Below the pieces are notes generated by a model, which had not been told where the DNA came from, did no database searches, and saw only the letters and a program-made list of their open reading frames with translations. The translations under genes and the position numbers were made by a program. This document shows positions 10,067-20,054 of a DNA stretch of 64,000 nucleotides, one piece after another. The DNA lies in assembly GCA_963848305.1 (NCBI GenBank), contig CAWKDC010000001.1, positions 128,001-192,000 on the forward strand, read 5' to 3'. The DNA comes from an uncultured Gammaproteobacteria bacterium. GTDB taxonomy: Bacteria; Pseudomonadota; Gammaproteobacteria; JABCZS01. Position 1 is the first letter of the stretch; every line of letters begins with the position of its first letter.

Positions 10067-10356
10067 GCAGCCGTTTTAGTCGTCGGAAAGAGAAATCCTC
10101 CCAGTACGCCTTTTTATACTGTTTTTTGCGTCGGGCTAGCGATAGCGAAGAGTGTTTCGTTGCCGCACAGGAGGGTAGGCGAATAAGAGAGACCAAGTGC
10201 GCATGGGTTCGGTGCGTGAAGGGATTCATTGGGTGGGCCACTTACGGTTCGGCTGGATTGCCCTACTGAAGTCCTCACGAAATGTCGCCCCAGGCACGAG
10301 CACAGATCCCAAGGCCAACGGTAGTACAGACTCCCAAATTTACAAGGAGGTCGTCG

Positions 10357-11521
10357 ATGAAGGAATGTGTGAAAGTTTTCCTCTCCATCGTTTTTTGTAC
10401 CGGTGCCCTTTTGCTTTCGAGCGCGACCGAGGCATTGGCCCAGACGAGCACGGGAACCGTTCTTGGCGTTGTGTCAGACCAGTCGGGGGGTGCCGTTCCG
10501 GACGCGGAAGTGGCACTTGTATCGACAACGACGGGTGTTAAGCGCACGACTGAGTCTCTCCAAACTGGAAACTACGAGTTTCCCTTGGTGGCGCCGGATA
10601 CGTATCAACTCACGGTAACCAAGTCAGGTTTCAGCACAGCCGCCTTCAACAATGTTGTCGTAAGAGTTAACGAGACGTTCACCCAAAACGTGGAAATGAG
10701 CGTTGGCAGTACAACGCAGCAAGTTACGGTCACGGCGGATGTGGCGAAGGTTGATACGAGCACGGCGACGCTGGGGGCCGTTACGGGGTATACCCAGATC
10801 ACCACTCTTCCCATTCTGGGCCGGAGTTTCCTCGCGCTAGCGACACTTTCCGCCGGGACGGTGGTCGATTATCCGGGAAGCTGGACGGGCACTTTCTCGG
10901 GCGGCCGGTCGGATATGGCGGTTGGCGTTTCGGGCGCCCAGGATTTCTTCACCACCAACCTGATCGACGGAGTGCCGACCAAGAGTCCGGAGTATGGCGG
11001 CATTGGGTACCAATTACCCCTGGAGATGATCGACGAATTTAACATCCAGCGTGGCTATTACTCCGCCAAATACCCGGGACCGGGCGTGGTCAACATCGCG
11101 AGCCGCTCGGGAGCGAATCAAATTCATGGCGTTGCCTGGGAAACCATCCGCAACAACGTCTTGGACTCGCGCAGCTTTTTCGATCAGAACATACCTCCCT
11201 TGCGGCAGAACCACTTCGGCGGGGCGTTCGGTGGAGCGATCAAGAAGGACAAACTCTTCTATTTTGGCAATGTACAATTTGTCCGCGACGTGATCGGGAG
11301 CACGCTCCTGGGATCTGTGCCCACGGCCTCCGAGTTGCAGGGAAACCTCTGCGATATCCCCGCCATCTCGCTCACCAATCCATTCACTGGCGGAGCTCTG
11401 TCATGTGTTATTCCCCAGGGCAATTTCGATCCGTTTGCCACGAAATTCATCGCCTTGGGATCCAGGGCCATTCCGCCCCCCACAACGTCGGGTCCGGCAG
11501 GAAGCATCAATCGTATCATCA
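10357..11521 (+). CDS. TonB-dependent receptor with carboxypeptidase-regulatory-like N-domain (Acidobacteria type), truncated at the junction
   Basis: Signal peptide, GTVLGVVSDQSGGAVPDA, LPILGRSFLALATL, RSGANQIHG, RNNVLDSRSFF, RQNHFGGAFGGAIKKDKLFYF. Only about 390 aa before the sequence switches to pyrD; RBS AAGGAGG. Confidence 0.88.
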
Positions 11522-12211
11522 CGATTAACAGACGATAACGCTTTGATCAACCGCATGGGTTTTCCCAATAAAGGCGTTGATCACCTTGTACAGCGACTTT
11601 CAACGCTTAAGCAGCGCCCTGTCCTGGGTATTAATATTGGCAAAAATGCAGCAACCTCACTAGAGGATGCCATTCACGATTATACTCACTGTTTAACGCG
11701 TGTTTATCCATACGCTGATTACGTTGCAGTGAACCTGTCTTCCCCCAATACCCCAGGATTACGCGAACTTCAGGGAGGGCGTTATTTGCCTGGTCTTTTG
11801 TCCGCCCTCAAAGCAGAGCAGGCCAGATTGGCAGATCAAACAGGGCGCCATGTCCCATTGGTCGTTAAAATCTCACCTGACCTCGCAGACTCAGAGGTGG
11901 AGGATATCGCACATATGCTTTTAGAAGCCCGTATAGAGGGTGCAATAGCGACCAATACGACCTTGTCTCGTTCAGGGCTTCATAAATCACTTGATCAGGC
12001 AGGGGGATTGAGCGGGGCACCTTTATTTTCTGCCTCTACTCACGTATTATCTCTCTTGAAAAAGGCGGTTGGGGATAAAATCGCTCTCATAGGCGTCGGG
12101 GGAATCATGGGTTCACAGGATGCCCAAGCCAAGTATGCGGCCGGCGCAGATTTGATTCAGGTCTACACAGGGCTCATTTACCAGGGTCCAGGCATGGTCA
12201 AAACCCTCTAA
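11522..12211 (+). CDS. pyrD: Quinone-dependent dihydroorotate dehydrogenase, 5' part missing
   Basis: RLTDDNALINRMGFPNKG, GINIGKN, NLSSPNTPGLR, VKISPD, ATNTT, GGLSG, IGVGGI, QVYTGLIYQGP. Confidence 0.92.
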   Translation, partial: RLTDDNALINRMGFPNKGVDHLVQRLSTLKQRPVLGINIGKNAATSLEDAIHDYTHCLTRVYPYADYVAVNLSSPNTPGLRELQGGRYLPGLLSALKAEQARLADQTGRHVPLVVKISPDLADSEVEDIAHMLLEARIEGAIATNTTLSRSGLHKSLDQAGGLSGAPLFSASTHVLSLLKKAVGDKIALIGVGGIMGSQDAQAKYAAGADLIQVYTGLIYQGPGMVKTL

Positions 12212-12542
12212 TCTTCCAGAATGTCTTTAAAGTTTGTGAGACATTGTCCATTTTGTGCCATCCTTTTAGCTAAAGTTGGCAATCTTCATTGATTTGAAAT
12301 TTTCAATATGTTAATTTGGCTCTATCGAAGTGCAATCATTTTGTAGGTTGTGAAAGGTTAAAGCTTACAAAATCAATGTGCTAGCGATGTTTGAGTCATT
12401 TTGATCGTAGTTTGCTTCTTAACTTGTGTTGGTTGCAGAATACTGTTAAAATACCCAGACCTGGCACTTAACGGTGCATGTAGGGTCTACTACCCTTGCG
12501 GGGGAGTAGAGAGAGGTTTTACTTAGAAATAGGAAGTGTCAT

Positions 12543-13155
12543 ATGCCACGCAAAACAGACAAACGCCAACGCCTGATTCAGGCTGCCAAGAAACTCATCC
12601 GTAGACAAGGTTTTCACTTAACAACCTTGGCTGATATTGCTCAAGAGGCAGATGTGCCGTTGGGTAACGTTTATTATTACTTTAAGACCAAAGAAGCGAT
12701 TGGTGAAGCTGTGATTGCCGATATTTCACGCAGTTTGAATGAGTTGATCACCGCCTGGGACGAGAATGCTGATCCCCGCGATAGACTGTTTGCTTTTGTC
12801 CAAGAAGAAGTCTCCAATGTCGAAGAAACAGCCCGTTCCGGCTGTGCCATTGGTGGACTTTGCCAAGAATTGGCAAAACAGGGCGGTCGCATTGGCCGAC
12901 GCTGCTGCCAAATTGATGAGCGACACCATTGCTTGGGCGGCTAAGCAATTTCATTCCTTGGGTATGGGCGATGCCTCAGGTGACCTGGCCAACCAATTCT
13001 ACGGAATGGTTCAAGGGACAGCCTTGTTGACGAACACGTTTAAAGAGCCAAAGTTGATGATCAACTTGAGCCAATCTCTCCGTGTTTGGTTGGACAAGCA
13101 TGTTGCGAAAGGTAAGGCAACTGCACCTATGGCTATTAAAGAAGAAGTGGCTTAA
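12543..13155 (+). CDS. TetR/AcrR-family regulator (frameshift near 12,888)
   Basis: HTH TTLADIAQEADVPLGNVYYYFKTKE and GCAIGGLCQEL; continues in ORF 12766..13155 (ALADAAAK...QGTALLTN). Confidence 0.85.
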
Positions 13156-13173
13156 ACTCCCTTTTTCAATGTT

Positions 13174-13204
13174 AGAAAAAACGCGCTCAAGGCGCGTTTT
13201 TTCT
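13174..13204. terminator. Bidirectional intrinsic terminator
   Basis: Perfect 13-bp inverted repeat AGAAAAAACGCGC-TCAAG-GCGCGTTTTTTCT between convergent genes. Confidence 0.85.
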
Positions 13205-13224
13205 TTTTCCATTTCTACCACTTG

Positions 13225-13479
13225 CTAAGGCCAATTATTAAATAGCTTTCTGGCAACCTCGTGTTGCGGTTGTTGGGGTACTGCGTGACTAAACAATAAT
13301 GGCTGAGCAGGCACCCAAACGGCAATATTCTCTATGTCATCATCGTCAACATCTTGGACGTGAAAACCTACTTTTCTGGGTGCACCTGGTACAACCAGCG
13401 TTCTTGCTGGTTGAGCAGGTGTTGATGGAACGTTGGCATTCATTGCTGCTAGCCCAGCGTTATTGTTCGGATTTATCAT
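13225..13479 (-). CDS. Small orphan protein (84 aa), low complexity, eukaryote-like motifs
   Basis: RBS TAAGGAGA upstream of ATG; ends just before the terminator; motifs STP, PGAPRK, VARKLF. Confidence 0.7.
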   Translation of the reverse strand: MINPNNNAGLAAMNANVPSTPAQPARTLVVPGAPRKVGFHVQDVDDDDIENIAVWVPAQPLLFSHAVPQQPQHEVARKLFNNWP

Positions 13480-13604
13480 ACAAATCTCCTTACTGAAACA
13501 AAGTATTTACTGATACTACTAAGAAATGTTAGTTACTGCACCAATCATACCTTATGACTATAGTCAGGAGATCAGATTTATACAAGTCCAAAGGATAATT
13601 CTTT

Positions 13605-14087
13605 TTAATGATTCCTTTTATCCACTCTAGGTCGTTTAGCAGGCTTCTCTGGTCTGGAAGGACATGTTGGCTGAATGTATTTGGGTACAGGTGTGCTGAC
13701 AGCGAACTGAATCATATTCATGAGATCTTCTTTATGGCCTTCCAGATGAGGGGCATTGAAGATTTGAGCGATGGCATGCTTAATCAAGGCGTTGCTTATT
13801 CTTGGATTTGTTTTAACAGGTTCTAAACGCAATGGCGCGTTCTCAGCATCTACCAACATAGAACCTAAGGATAGCGTGCCTAACCCATTGACCATCAGAT
13901 GATTGATCAACGTAATTAATTGATTTCTGTATTCTTTTGAAACCTGCATGTCAAGATGGAGGCACTGGCTGTCATCTTGCCAGATACCAATTTCTTGATC
14001 GCCTTGAACATAGTTAACTTGTCGTGCGACACTGGGCGACTTCTCATCTGTTAACGTCAAATCGCCGATTTTGTCCCATTGTTTCAT
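13605..14087 (-). CDS. Orphan protein with basic C-terminal tail
   Basis: Long ORF in AT-rich DNA, RBS GGGGG; tail STPVPKYIQPTCPSRPEKPAKRPRVDKRNH. Confidence 0.7.
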   Translation of the reverse strand: MKQWDKIGDLTLTDEKSPSVARQVNYVQGDQEIGIWQDDSQCLHLDMQVSKEYRNQLITLINHLMVNGLGTLSLGSMLVDAENAPLRLEPVKTNPRISNALIKHAIAQIFNAPHLEGHKEDLMNMIQFAVSTPVPKYIQPTCPSRPEKPAKRPRVDKRNH

Positions 14088-14180
14088 ATTGACCCCCAAA
14101 CTGCTTAATAACCACTATAAAACTGATGGCTATCTTACCCTTCATTTTTTAATAAGTCAAATAAAAAATGTTAGGTAAAT

Positions 14181-14369
14181 TTATGCCAACGCCGTCTGTT
14201 TGAGGATGATTTGGATGACAAGGCCTAGACTTGCGATGAAAATGAGGATAAATATAACCCCTACAAGCACGTAAGGCCATAATTTTGTTTGAGAAAAGTC
14301 TTTATGGGCTGCATTTGCAGGGTGCACGCCGAGCATTGCACTCAAAACACTTTTAACGATATCCCACAT
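14181..14369 (-). CDS. DUF2970-like small membrane protein
   Basis: IVKSVLSAMLGV...KDF...PYVLVGVIFILIFI pattern. Confidence 0.7.
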   Translation of the reverse strand: MWDIVKSVLSAMLGVHPANAAHKDFSQTKLWPYVLVGVIFILIFIASLGLVIQIILKQTALA

Positions 14370-14371
14370 GA

Positions 14372-15110
14372 TTAGCGCTCCAATTGTCGTTCCATGTCAG
14401 TACGTACCCGAGACATCAAGGCATCCCGGCTGTTAGTGCCTGTCCCCATTCCTTGCGTATCAATCGGCTCCCCAACAGTGACGGTCACAGTTTTGCCAGC
14501 AGAGAAATCCCATGTCTTGGCAGGCAAAATATCATGGGTGCCATGGATGGTCATCGGGATAATGATGGCCTCGGCTTCAAGGGCCAATATGAAAATCCCC
14601 TTTTTGAAGGGAAGAAGTTCACCTGTGCGAGAACGGGTTCCTTCTGCAGCGGCCCAGATCACAATGCCACTTTCCATGAGTTTTTTCGCTGCTTGTAGAG
14701 CAGATAGGGCATGATGACGGTTTTGACGGTCGATTTTGATGTACTCATGCTTCGTGAGCGCCGCCAAAAAAGGGAATATCGAATAGTTCCTTTTTTGTGA
14801 TCATACGAATACTATAAGGAAGGGCCGCATACACGGCAGGGATATCAAAGTGGCTGGCATGGTTGGAAATGAGGATATAAGGGCGACCTGGGATCAGCGC
14901 GGGTGGTGTCCCTTTCACTTGCAAATGCGCGCCGACAGCGGCGAGCATTTGCTGCCCAAATTCCTTGGCAAGCGTATCAGTACGTTCGCGGTTATTGCGA
15001 CCGGCCATATTCATATAAATGCTTTTCACCAGCATTTTGCAAAATACAAAAAGCGAGGCAAGGGCAAGGTATGTGCGTGTTTGTTTAATCATATACGTAT
15101 AGTACCACAA
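14372..15110 (-). CDS. plsC: 1-acyl-sn-glycerol-3-phosphate acyltransferase (frameshift near 14,762)
   Basis: NHASHFD and KKELFDIPFFG in ORF 14745..15110; EGTRS, FKKG, IIPMTI in ORF 14372..14767. Confidence 0.85.
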
Positions 15111-15145
15111 CAGATATGAGTAAATGCGACCATTTTGACGACATC

Positions 15146-17101
15146 TTAAAGCGCCTGAATCGGTTTCAGCAAGTTTTTCAAACGGGCGGTTTTCTGGCTC
15201 AGGCGATCCTCATAAATCATGCGGTAGATTAGCACGCTCTTCACGTATTCACGGGTTTCATAATAGGGAATATTTTCAATCCAAATATCAGGATCCATCG
15301 TCACATTCTTAGGGGGCAACCATTGGTAGACGCGGTGTGGGCCTGCATTGTATGCCGCTGTCGCAAGGATCATGTTCTGATCGAGCAGTTGATACAGCTC
15401 GTTCAAATACGCGGCGCCCAAATGAATGTTTTTGGTAGGTGAAAGTAATTGAGTCGGAGAAACTGCGGCTTCGCGTAATTTCCGTGACGTTTGTTTGGCA
15501 GTCATAGGCATGAGTTGCATGAGCCCCATGGCGCCAACAGGGGAGCGTGCATCCGGCATGAAAGCACTCTCGCGGCGCGTGATCGCAAAGACCCATGCGG
15601 GGCTCAGGCCTTGACGTTTGGCTTCATTCAGCACAATGTCTTTATAGACGACAGGAAAGCGGACTTTCGTGTTATTGCGGTTTTCGGCGCGTGAGAGTGT
15701 GAAAATAGCGCGATCAAACCAGCCCTGGTTATAGGCAATTTGTGCCGCTGTTTGCATGCCTGCTTCATTCATACGCGTAGTCACATAATCCCATTCGATC
15801 CGTGCGGCATCAATTTGTTTCAAACGATAAAACTCGAGGGCGCGTGCAATCCCGGGGTTTTGTTTCACTTTATTGATATCAACATCAGTGATTTTCGGCG
15901 TGGGAAGATTGAGCGGGTAGGGTGCATTGTAGAGATCACTGGCAAAAAAGCCTTGGAATAAACGTTCCTTGCTCACTGCTTCGAGATAGGGTTTCGCTGC
16001 AGCGGGATTTCCAAGCTTGATGAGTCCACGTGCATACCAATATTGCCAAGCAGAATCCTTTCGCATCGCGAGTGGCATATTTTGAATATAGGTGACCACG
16101 TTTTTCCAATTCCCATCCCATAAGGCGTGACGTACACGCCATTCATGAAGGTCCGTGGTGAAAGATTCAGGCTTGAGTTTGGCGTACCAGGTCGCCGCAT
16201 CAGGATCATGCTCAGTGGCCGCTTCCAAAGCGAATGCCCCATAAATGCGTTGTTTCTCTGTTTCAGTGAAGTAACCGGGTTGATTGATTTTGTTGAATGC
16301 TTTGACAGCTACATCGAGATCACGCCGCGCGAGCCTCGTCAACCCATAAACTTGAATGTTGCGCAGCGAGGCTTGGCCTTGATTGAATAAACGTGTTGAT
16401 GTCACGAGTTGTGGATCACGCGCGACACTGAGCCATGTATTGACATAAGGTTGTTCATTTGCAGGCAAGTATTTTCGCAAATGACTGGCGAGACCATATT
16501 GTTTCGCATCTATGGCCAGTTGAATCCGCTGCCACACGAGTGGCTGCGTGAGCCGTCCTGCCTTGATCCAGGTTGCCATAGGACCATTGCACGTGTCAGG
16601 CCGTGATTGTCCGTACAGCCAAATGTCTTTCACATCATTCAGGGCAGTCATGTCTTTGTTTCGTAAACGCACCGCGAGTGCCGTGCATTGCAATTCAACA
16701 TTACCCATGTCACGGTATTCAGCCAAAAAAAGTTTATCATTGGCAGGTTTGTTTTCTTTTTCCAGCTTCGTTAGCCAGAACTCTCGTAATCTCTTTTCGA
16801 GCAGTGTGCCCTTTTGTTCAGCCAGAAATGTATCAATTTCTGTTTGGTTGACTTTTTTTTGAGTGATATCTAATTTGAGCTTTTCAAATTCTAAGTAATC
16901 GTAGAGAGGATAACCCGTTTTCTCAAGACGATCTTTCAGTGTGTAAAACGTGCTGATCTTGCCACTACGCAAAGCTGAAAACGCATCTTTATAAAGTTTA
17001 TTCTGAGCGTCAATGTTCGACCCTGTGAACGAGGCGATAGGCAAAAGCAGCACAGATAGGATGCAGCATAAACGAAAAACAAATCGAACAGACATTGACA
17101 C
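15146..17101 (-). CDS. slt: Soluble lytic murein transglycosylase Slt70
   Basis: YPLYDYL, WQYWYAR, RRESAF, GAMGLMQLMP, AYNAGP, ENIPYYETREYV. Confidence 0.93.
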   Translation of the reverse strand: MSMSVRFVFRLCCILSVLLLPIASFTGSNIDAQNKLYKDAFSALRSGKISTFYTLKDRLEKTGYPLYDYLEFEKLKLDITQKKVNQTEIDTFLAEQKGTLLEKRLREFWLTKLEKENKPANDKLFLAEYRDMGNVELQCTALAVRLRNKDMTALNDVKDIWLYGQSRPDTCNGPMATWIKAGRLTQPLVWQRIQLAIDAKQYGLASHLRKYLPANEQPYVNTWLSVARDPQLVTSTRLFNQGQASLRNIQVYGLTRLARRDLDVAVKAFNKINQPGYFTETEKQRIYGAFALEAATEHDPDAATWYAKLKPESFTTDLHEWRVRHALWDGNWKNVVTYIQNMPLAMRKDSAWQYWYARGLIKLGNPAAAKPYLEAVSKERLFQGFFASDLYNAPYPLNLPTPKITDVDINKVKQNPGIARALEFYRLKQIDAARIEWDYVTTRMNEAGMQTAAQIAYNQGWFDRAIFTLSRAENRNNTKVRFPVVYKDIVLNEAKRQGLSPAWVFAITRRESAFMPDARSPVGAMGLMQLMPMTAKQTSRKLREAAVSPTQLLSPTKNIHLGAAYLNELYQLLDQNMILATAAYNAGPHRVYQWLPPKNVTMDPDIWIENIPYYETREYVKSVLIYRMIYEDRLSQKTARLKNLLKPIQAL

Positions 17102-17166
17102 AGGAGCCCCACTGAAAATATGGTCACACTACTAGGATACACGTATTGTATGATAGTGTGGTCTGA

Positions 17167-17448
17167 TTAATGTATCAAGCCCCAAACGTCTTCTTCGTCT
17201 TGAATAATAGTTGGGTCTGATTCATCCACTTCATTTGCTTCAATTTCATAGGGAGCCGACCAGTCTTCAGGTTCAGGAATTTCATCCAGCTGTAATAAAT
17301 GCCAGCTGTCCATGTCATATTCACTGACTGCGCCATCGACATATTGTACTTCGATGTCTGCATTGTCTTGATCGAGTGCCACAACCTCGAACATTTCACC
17401 TGAATCATTATTGAGGTACCAGGAGCCTATTTCTGGATATGCAAGCAT
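17167..17448 (-). CDS. Small acidic protein (DUF6763-like)
   Basis: PEIGSWY...FEVVALD...IEVQYVDG...EPEDWSAP; RBS GGAGG. Confidence 0.7.
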   Translation of the reverse strand: MLAYPEIGSWYLNNDSGEMFEVVALDQDNADIEVQYVDGAVSEYDMDSWHLLQLDEIPEPEDWSAPYEIEANEVDESDPTIIQDEEDVWGLIH

Positions 17449-17646
17449 GATAACCTCCAACTGATATCCAACTAACTTCTACCTTAAATATAGCACAAAT
17501 TTGAGATTGCTCCATCTTTGCAACCTGTTGAAAAACTGAACAGTTTACAAATTCATGTGCTTTTTTGAGGATTTCAAGCGCTTCAACCTTGACCTGGTGC
17601 CATTAGTGTGCGATAACACACAGTAACTTTTGATAAGGATTGAATC

Positions 17647-20034
17647 ATGGACTTGCTGCTATGGATTGTGGCGCTTATCGCCGTCCTGGGGTTGGGATTT
17701 TCTGGCGCATCCTCGTGGGTATGGACAGGCACATCCGGCGCTGTTTTATGCTTACTGACCGTCAATAATGTCTTATCATGGCCACTTCTGATCTTTTTCT
17801 GGCCAATCTGGGTCGTGACTGTGTTGTTTTGTCACGTGTCTGCATGGCGTGTTCGTTTTTTCACGAAGCCCATTGCGCGTTTTGTTAAAAAACAATTGCC
17901 CCCCATTTCTGATACAGAGCAAGCAGCGATTGATGCAGGAGATATTTGGTGGGATGCCGCTTTGATGCGGGGGACGCAATCATGGGACGATATTGCTGCA
18001 TTTGATGTGCAAAAACTCACCATTGAAGAATTGGCATTTCTCAATCAACAAGTCGATGCGTTGTGTAAACTTGTGGACAAATGGATGCAAGACAATTCAC
18101 GTCAACATAGTGAAGCTGTCTGGGCGTACATTAAAAGAGAAAAATTTTTCAGCATGATCATCCCTAAGCAATATGGTGGATTGGGATTTTCTGCGTATGC
18201 GCAATCATGCATATTAAGTAAAATTGCGACCAAAGATATCAGCACAGCAGTCACTGTCATGGTTCCCAATTCATTAGGTCCCGCGGAATTATTGCTACAT
18301 TATGGAACGCCAGAGCAACAATCCTTTTATTTGCCTCGTCTAGCAGATGGCACGGACATCCCATGTTTTGCATTAACATCACCCGATGCTGGCAGTGATG
18401 CGGGTGGTATGATCGATCAAGGGATTATCATGGAAGGCATGCACGAAGGGAAAACAGTCCTGGGCATTTCATTGACCTTCAATAAGCGTTATATCACGCT
18501 CGCTCCTGTTGCAACAGTGGTTGGTTTGGCGTTTAAATGTTTCGATCCCAAACATCTCATCGGTGATCGTGTTGAATGCGGCATCACTGTCTGTTTATTG
18601 CCTTCTTCACATCCAGGCTTAATGATAGGCGATCGACATTATCCGATTGGCGGTGCTTTTCCCAATGGCAGCGTACAGGGTAAAGAGGTTTTTATTCCTA
18701 TTGATTGGGTTGTGGGTGGACAAGCGTTTGTGGGCCAAGGCTGGCGTATGCTCATGGAATGTTTGGCTGCAGGACGAGGCATTTCATTGCCAGCATTGGC
18801 CAGTGCGAGTGCGAAATTGGCTGATTTGTCGACAGCTTGTTATGGTCGAGTGCGGCAGCAATTCAGAGTTTCTATCGGCGCTTTTGAAGGGATTCAATCA
18901 GGCATGGCAGAGATAGGCGGTATTGCTTATTTGCTTGAAGCCATGCGCACAATCACATCCAGTGCGATTTCATCAGGGATCAAGCCCGCTGTTGTCTCCG
19001 CCATTGCTAAATATCACATGACAGAACTTGCCCGTGTTGCGATGACGCATGCGATGGATATTCATGCAGGTAAAGGGATCATGCTTGGACCAAAAAATTA
19101 TTTAGCCAATACGTACGTGAGCATGCCTGTCGCCATCACGGTAGAAGGCGCAAATATTTTAACCAGAAATTTAATTATTTTTGGACAAGGGGCGATACGA
19201 TGCCATCTTTATTTATTGAAAGAAATGAATATGGCTGCAGCACCTGTGCTCGATGTGAAAGCATTTGATCGCGTGTTACGTGATCATGTGCATTTCGGTA
19301 TTGAGCGTTTTTTCAAAACGTTAGTATTGGGATTGCTTGCAGGACATGGATCGCACACATCATCGAAGTTAGGATTTAAAAAAACGCAGCAAGCTGTTTC
19401 TCGTATGAGTGATGCACTGGCTTTTGTCTCAGACATCACATTCCTATTGTTAGGTGGTCAATTAAAGCGAAAAGAATATTTGTCGGCAAGGCTGGGAGAT
19501 GTGCTGAGTTATTTATACATGACAACCTGCGTGATCAAGTATGCATCAACCATTGAGAATGACTCCCCGAAAGCGGCTACATTTGCAATGGCGTATTGTT
19601 TAAATAAAATTCAAATGGCATTTGACGCTTTTTTTGATAACTTCCCCATCAAATGGATTGGCAAGTTATTGAGGTTTATTGTCTTTCCATTCGGACGATC
19701 TTATCGCTATCCTTCTGATCAACTCTCCAGTGAACTCGCGAAAGAGATGATGGGCTCATCATTTAAGGAACCCATGTGGGAATCATTTTATGTTGGTGAC
19801 GATCACGATAATTTAGGCGTCGTCAGGGCTGCAGCCGAATTGGATGCTGCAATGCATGAGCAAATTCGAGCTGTACGCCATCTGCGTCTTGACAGTGTAT
19901 TGCCACAAACTTTTCGAGACAAATTAGCAGCGGCAGTTGAAGCGGGCACAGTGAGTGAATCAGATCATCAGCATTTATTACGTTATTGCGACCTGGTTGA
20001 AAAATCAATCGCTGTAGATACTTTTTCAACTTAG
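17647..20034 (+). CDS. fadE: Acyl-CoA dehydrogenase FadE
   Basis: N-terminal TM segments, VMVPNSLGPAELL, CFALTSPDAGSDA, KRYITLAPVAT, ITVEGANILTR. Confidence 0.95.
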   Translation: MDLLLWIVALIAVLGLGFSGASSWVWTGTSGAVLCLLTVNNVLSWPLLIFFWPIWVVTVLFCHVSAWRVRFFTKPIARFVKKQLPPISDTEQAAIDAGDIWWDAALMRGTQSWDDIAAFDVQKLTIEELAFLNQQVDALCKLVDKWMQDNSRQHSEAVWAYIKREKFFSMIIPKQYGGLGFSAYAQSCILSKIATKDISTAVTVMVPNSLGPAELLLHYGTPEQQSFYLPRLADGTDIPCFALTSPDAGSDAGGMIDQGIIMEGMHEGKTVLGISLTFNKRYITLAPVATVVGLAFKCFDPKHLIGDRVECGITVCLLPSSHPGLMIGDRHYPIGGAFPNGSVQGKEVFIPIDWVVGGQAFVGQGWRMLMECLAAGRGISLPALASASAKLADLSTACYGRVRQQFRVSIGAFEGIQSGMAEIGGIAYLLEAMRTITSSAISSGIKPAVVSAIAKYHMTELARVAMTHAMDIHAGKGIMLGPKNYLANTYVSMPVAITVEGANILTRNLIIFGQGAIRCHLYLLKEMNMAAAPVLDVKAFDRVLRDHVHFGIERFFKTLVLGLLAGHGSHTSSKLGFKKTQQAVSRMSDALAFVSDITFLLLGGQLKRKEYLSARLGDVLSYLYMTTCVIKYASTIENDSPKAATFAMAYCLNKIQMAFDAFFDNFPIKWIGKLLRFIVFPFGRSYRYPSDQLSSELAKEMMGSSFKEPMWESFYVGDDHDNLGVVRAAAELDAAMHEQIRAVRHLRLDSVLPQTFRDKLAAAVEAGTVSESDHQHLLRYCDLVEKSIAVDTFST

Positions 20035-20054
20035 CATTGATTGAGGAGTCAATT

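Noticed and set aside
11405-12211. 268-aa ORF as a complete gene or a TonB-pyrD fusion
   Set aside because: Its first ~39 codons are an alternate frame of the TonB gene across the junction; only the part from 11,522 is PyrD.
12462-12478. Sigma54-like TGGCAC...TGCA
   Set aside because: GG-to-GC spacing is 11 rather than 10.
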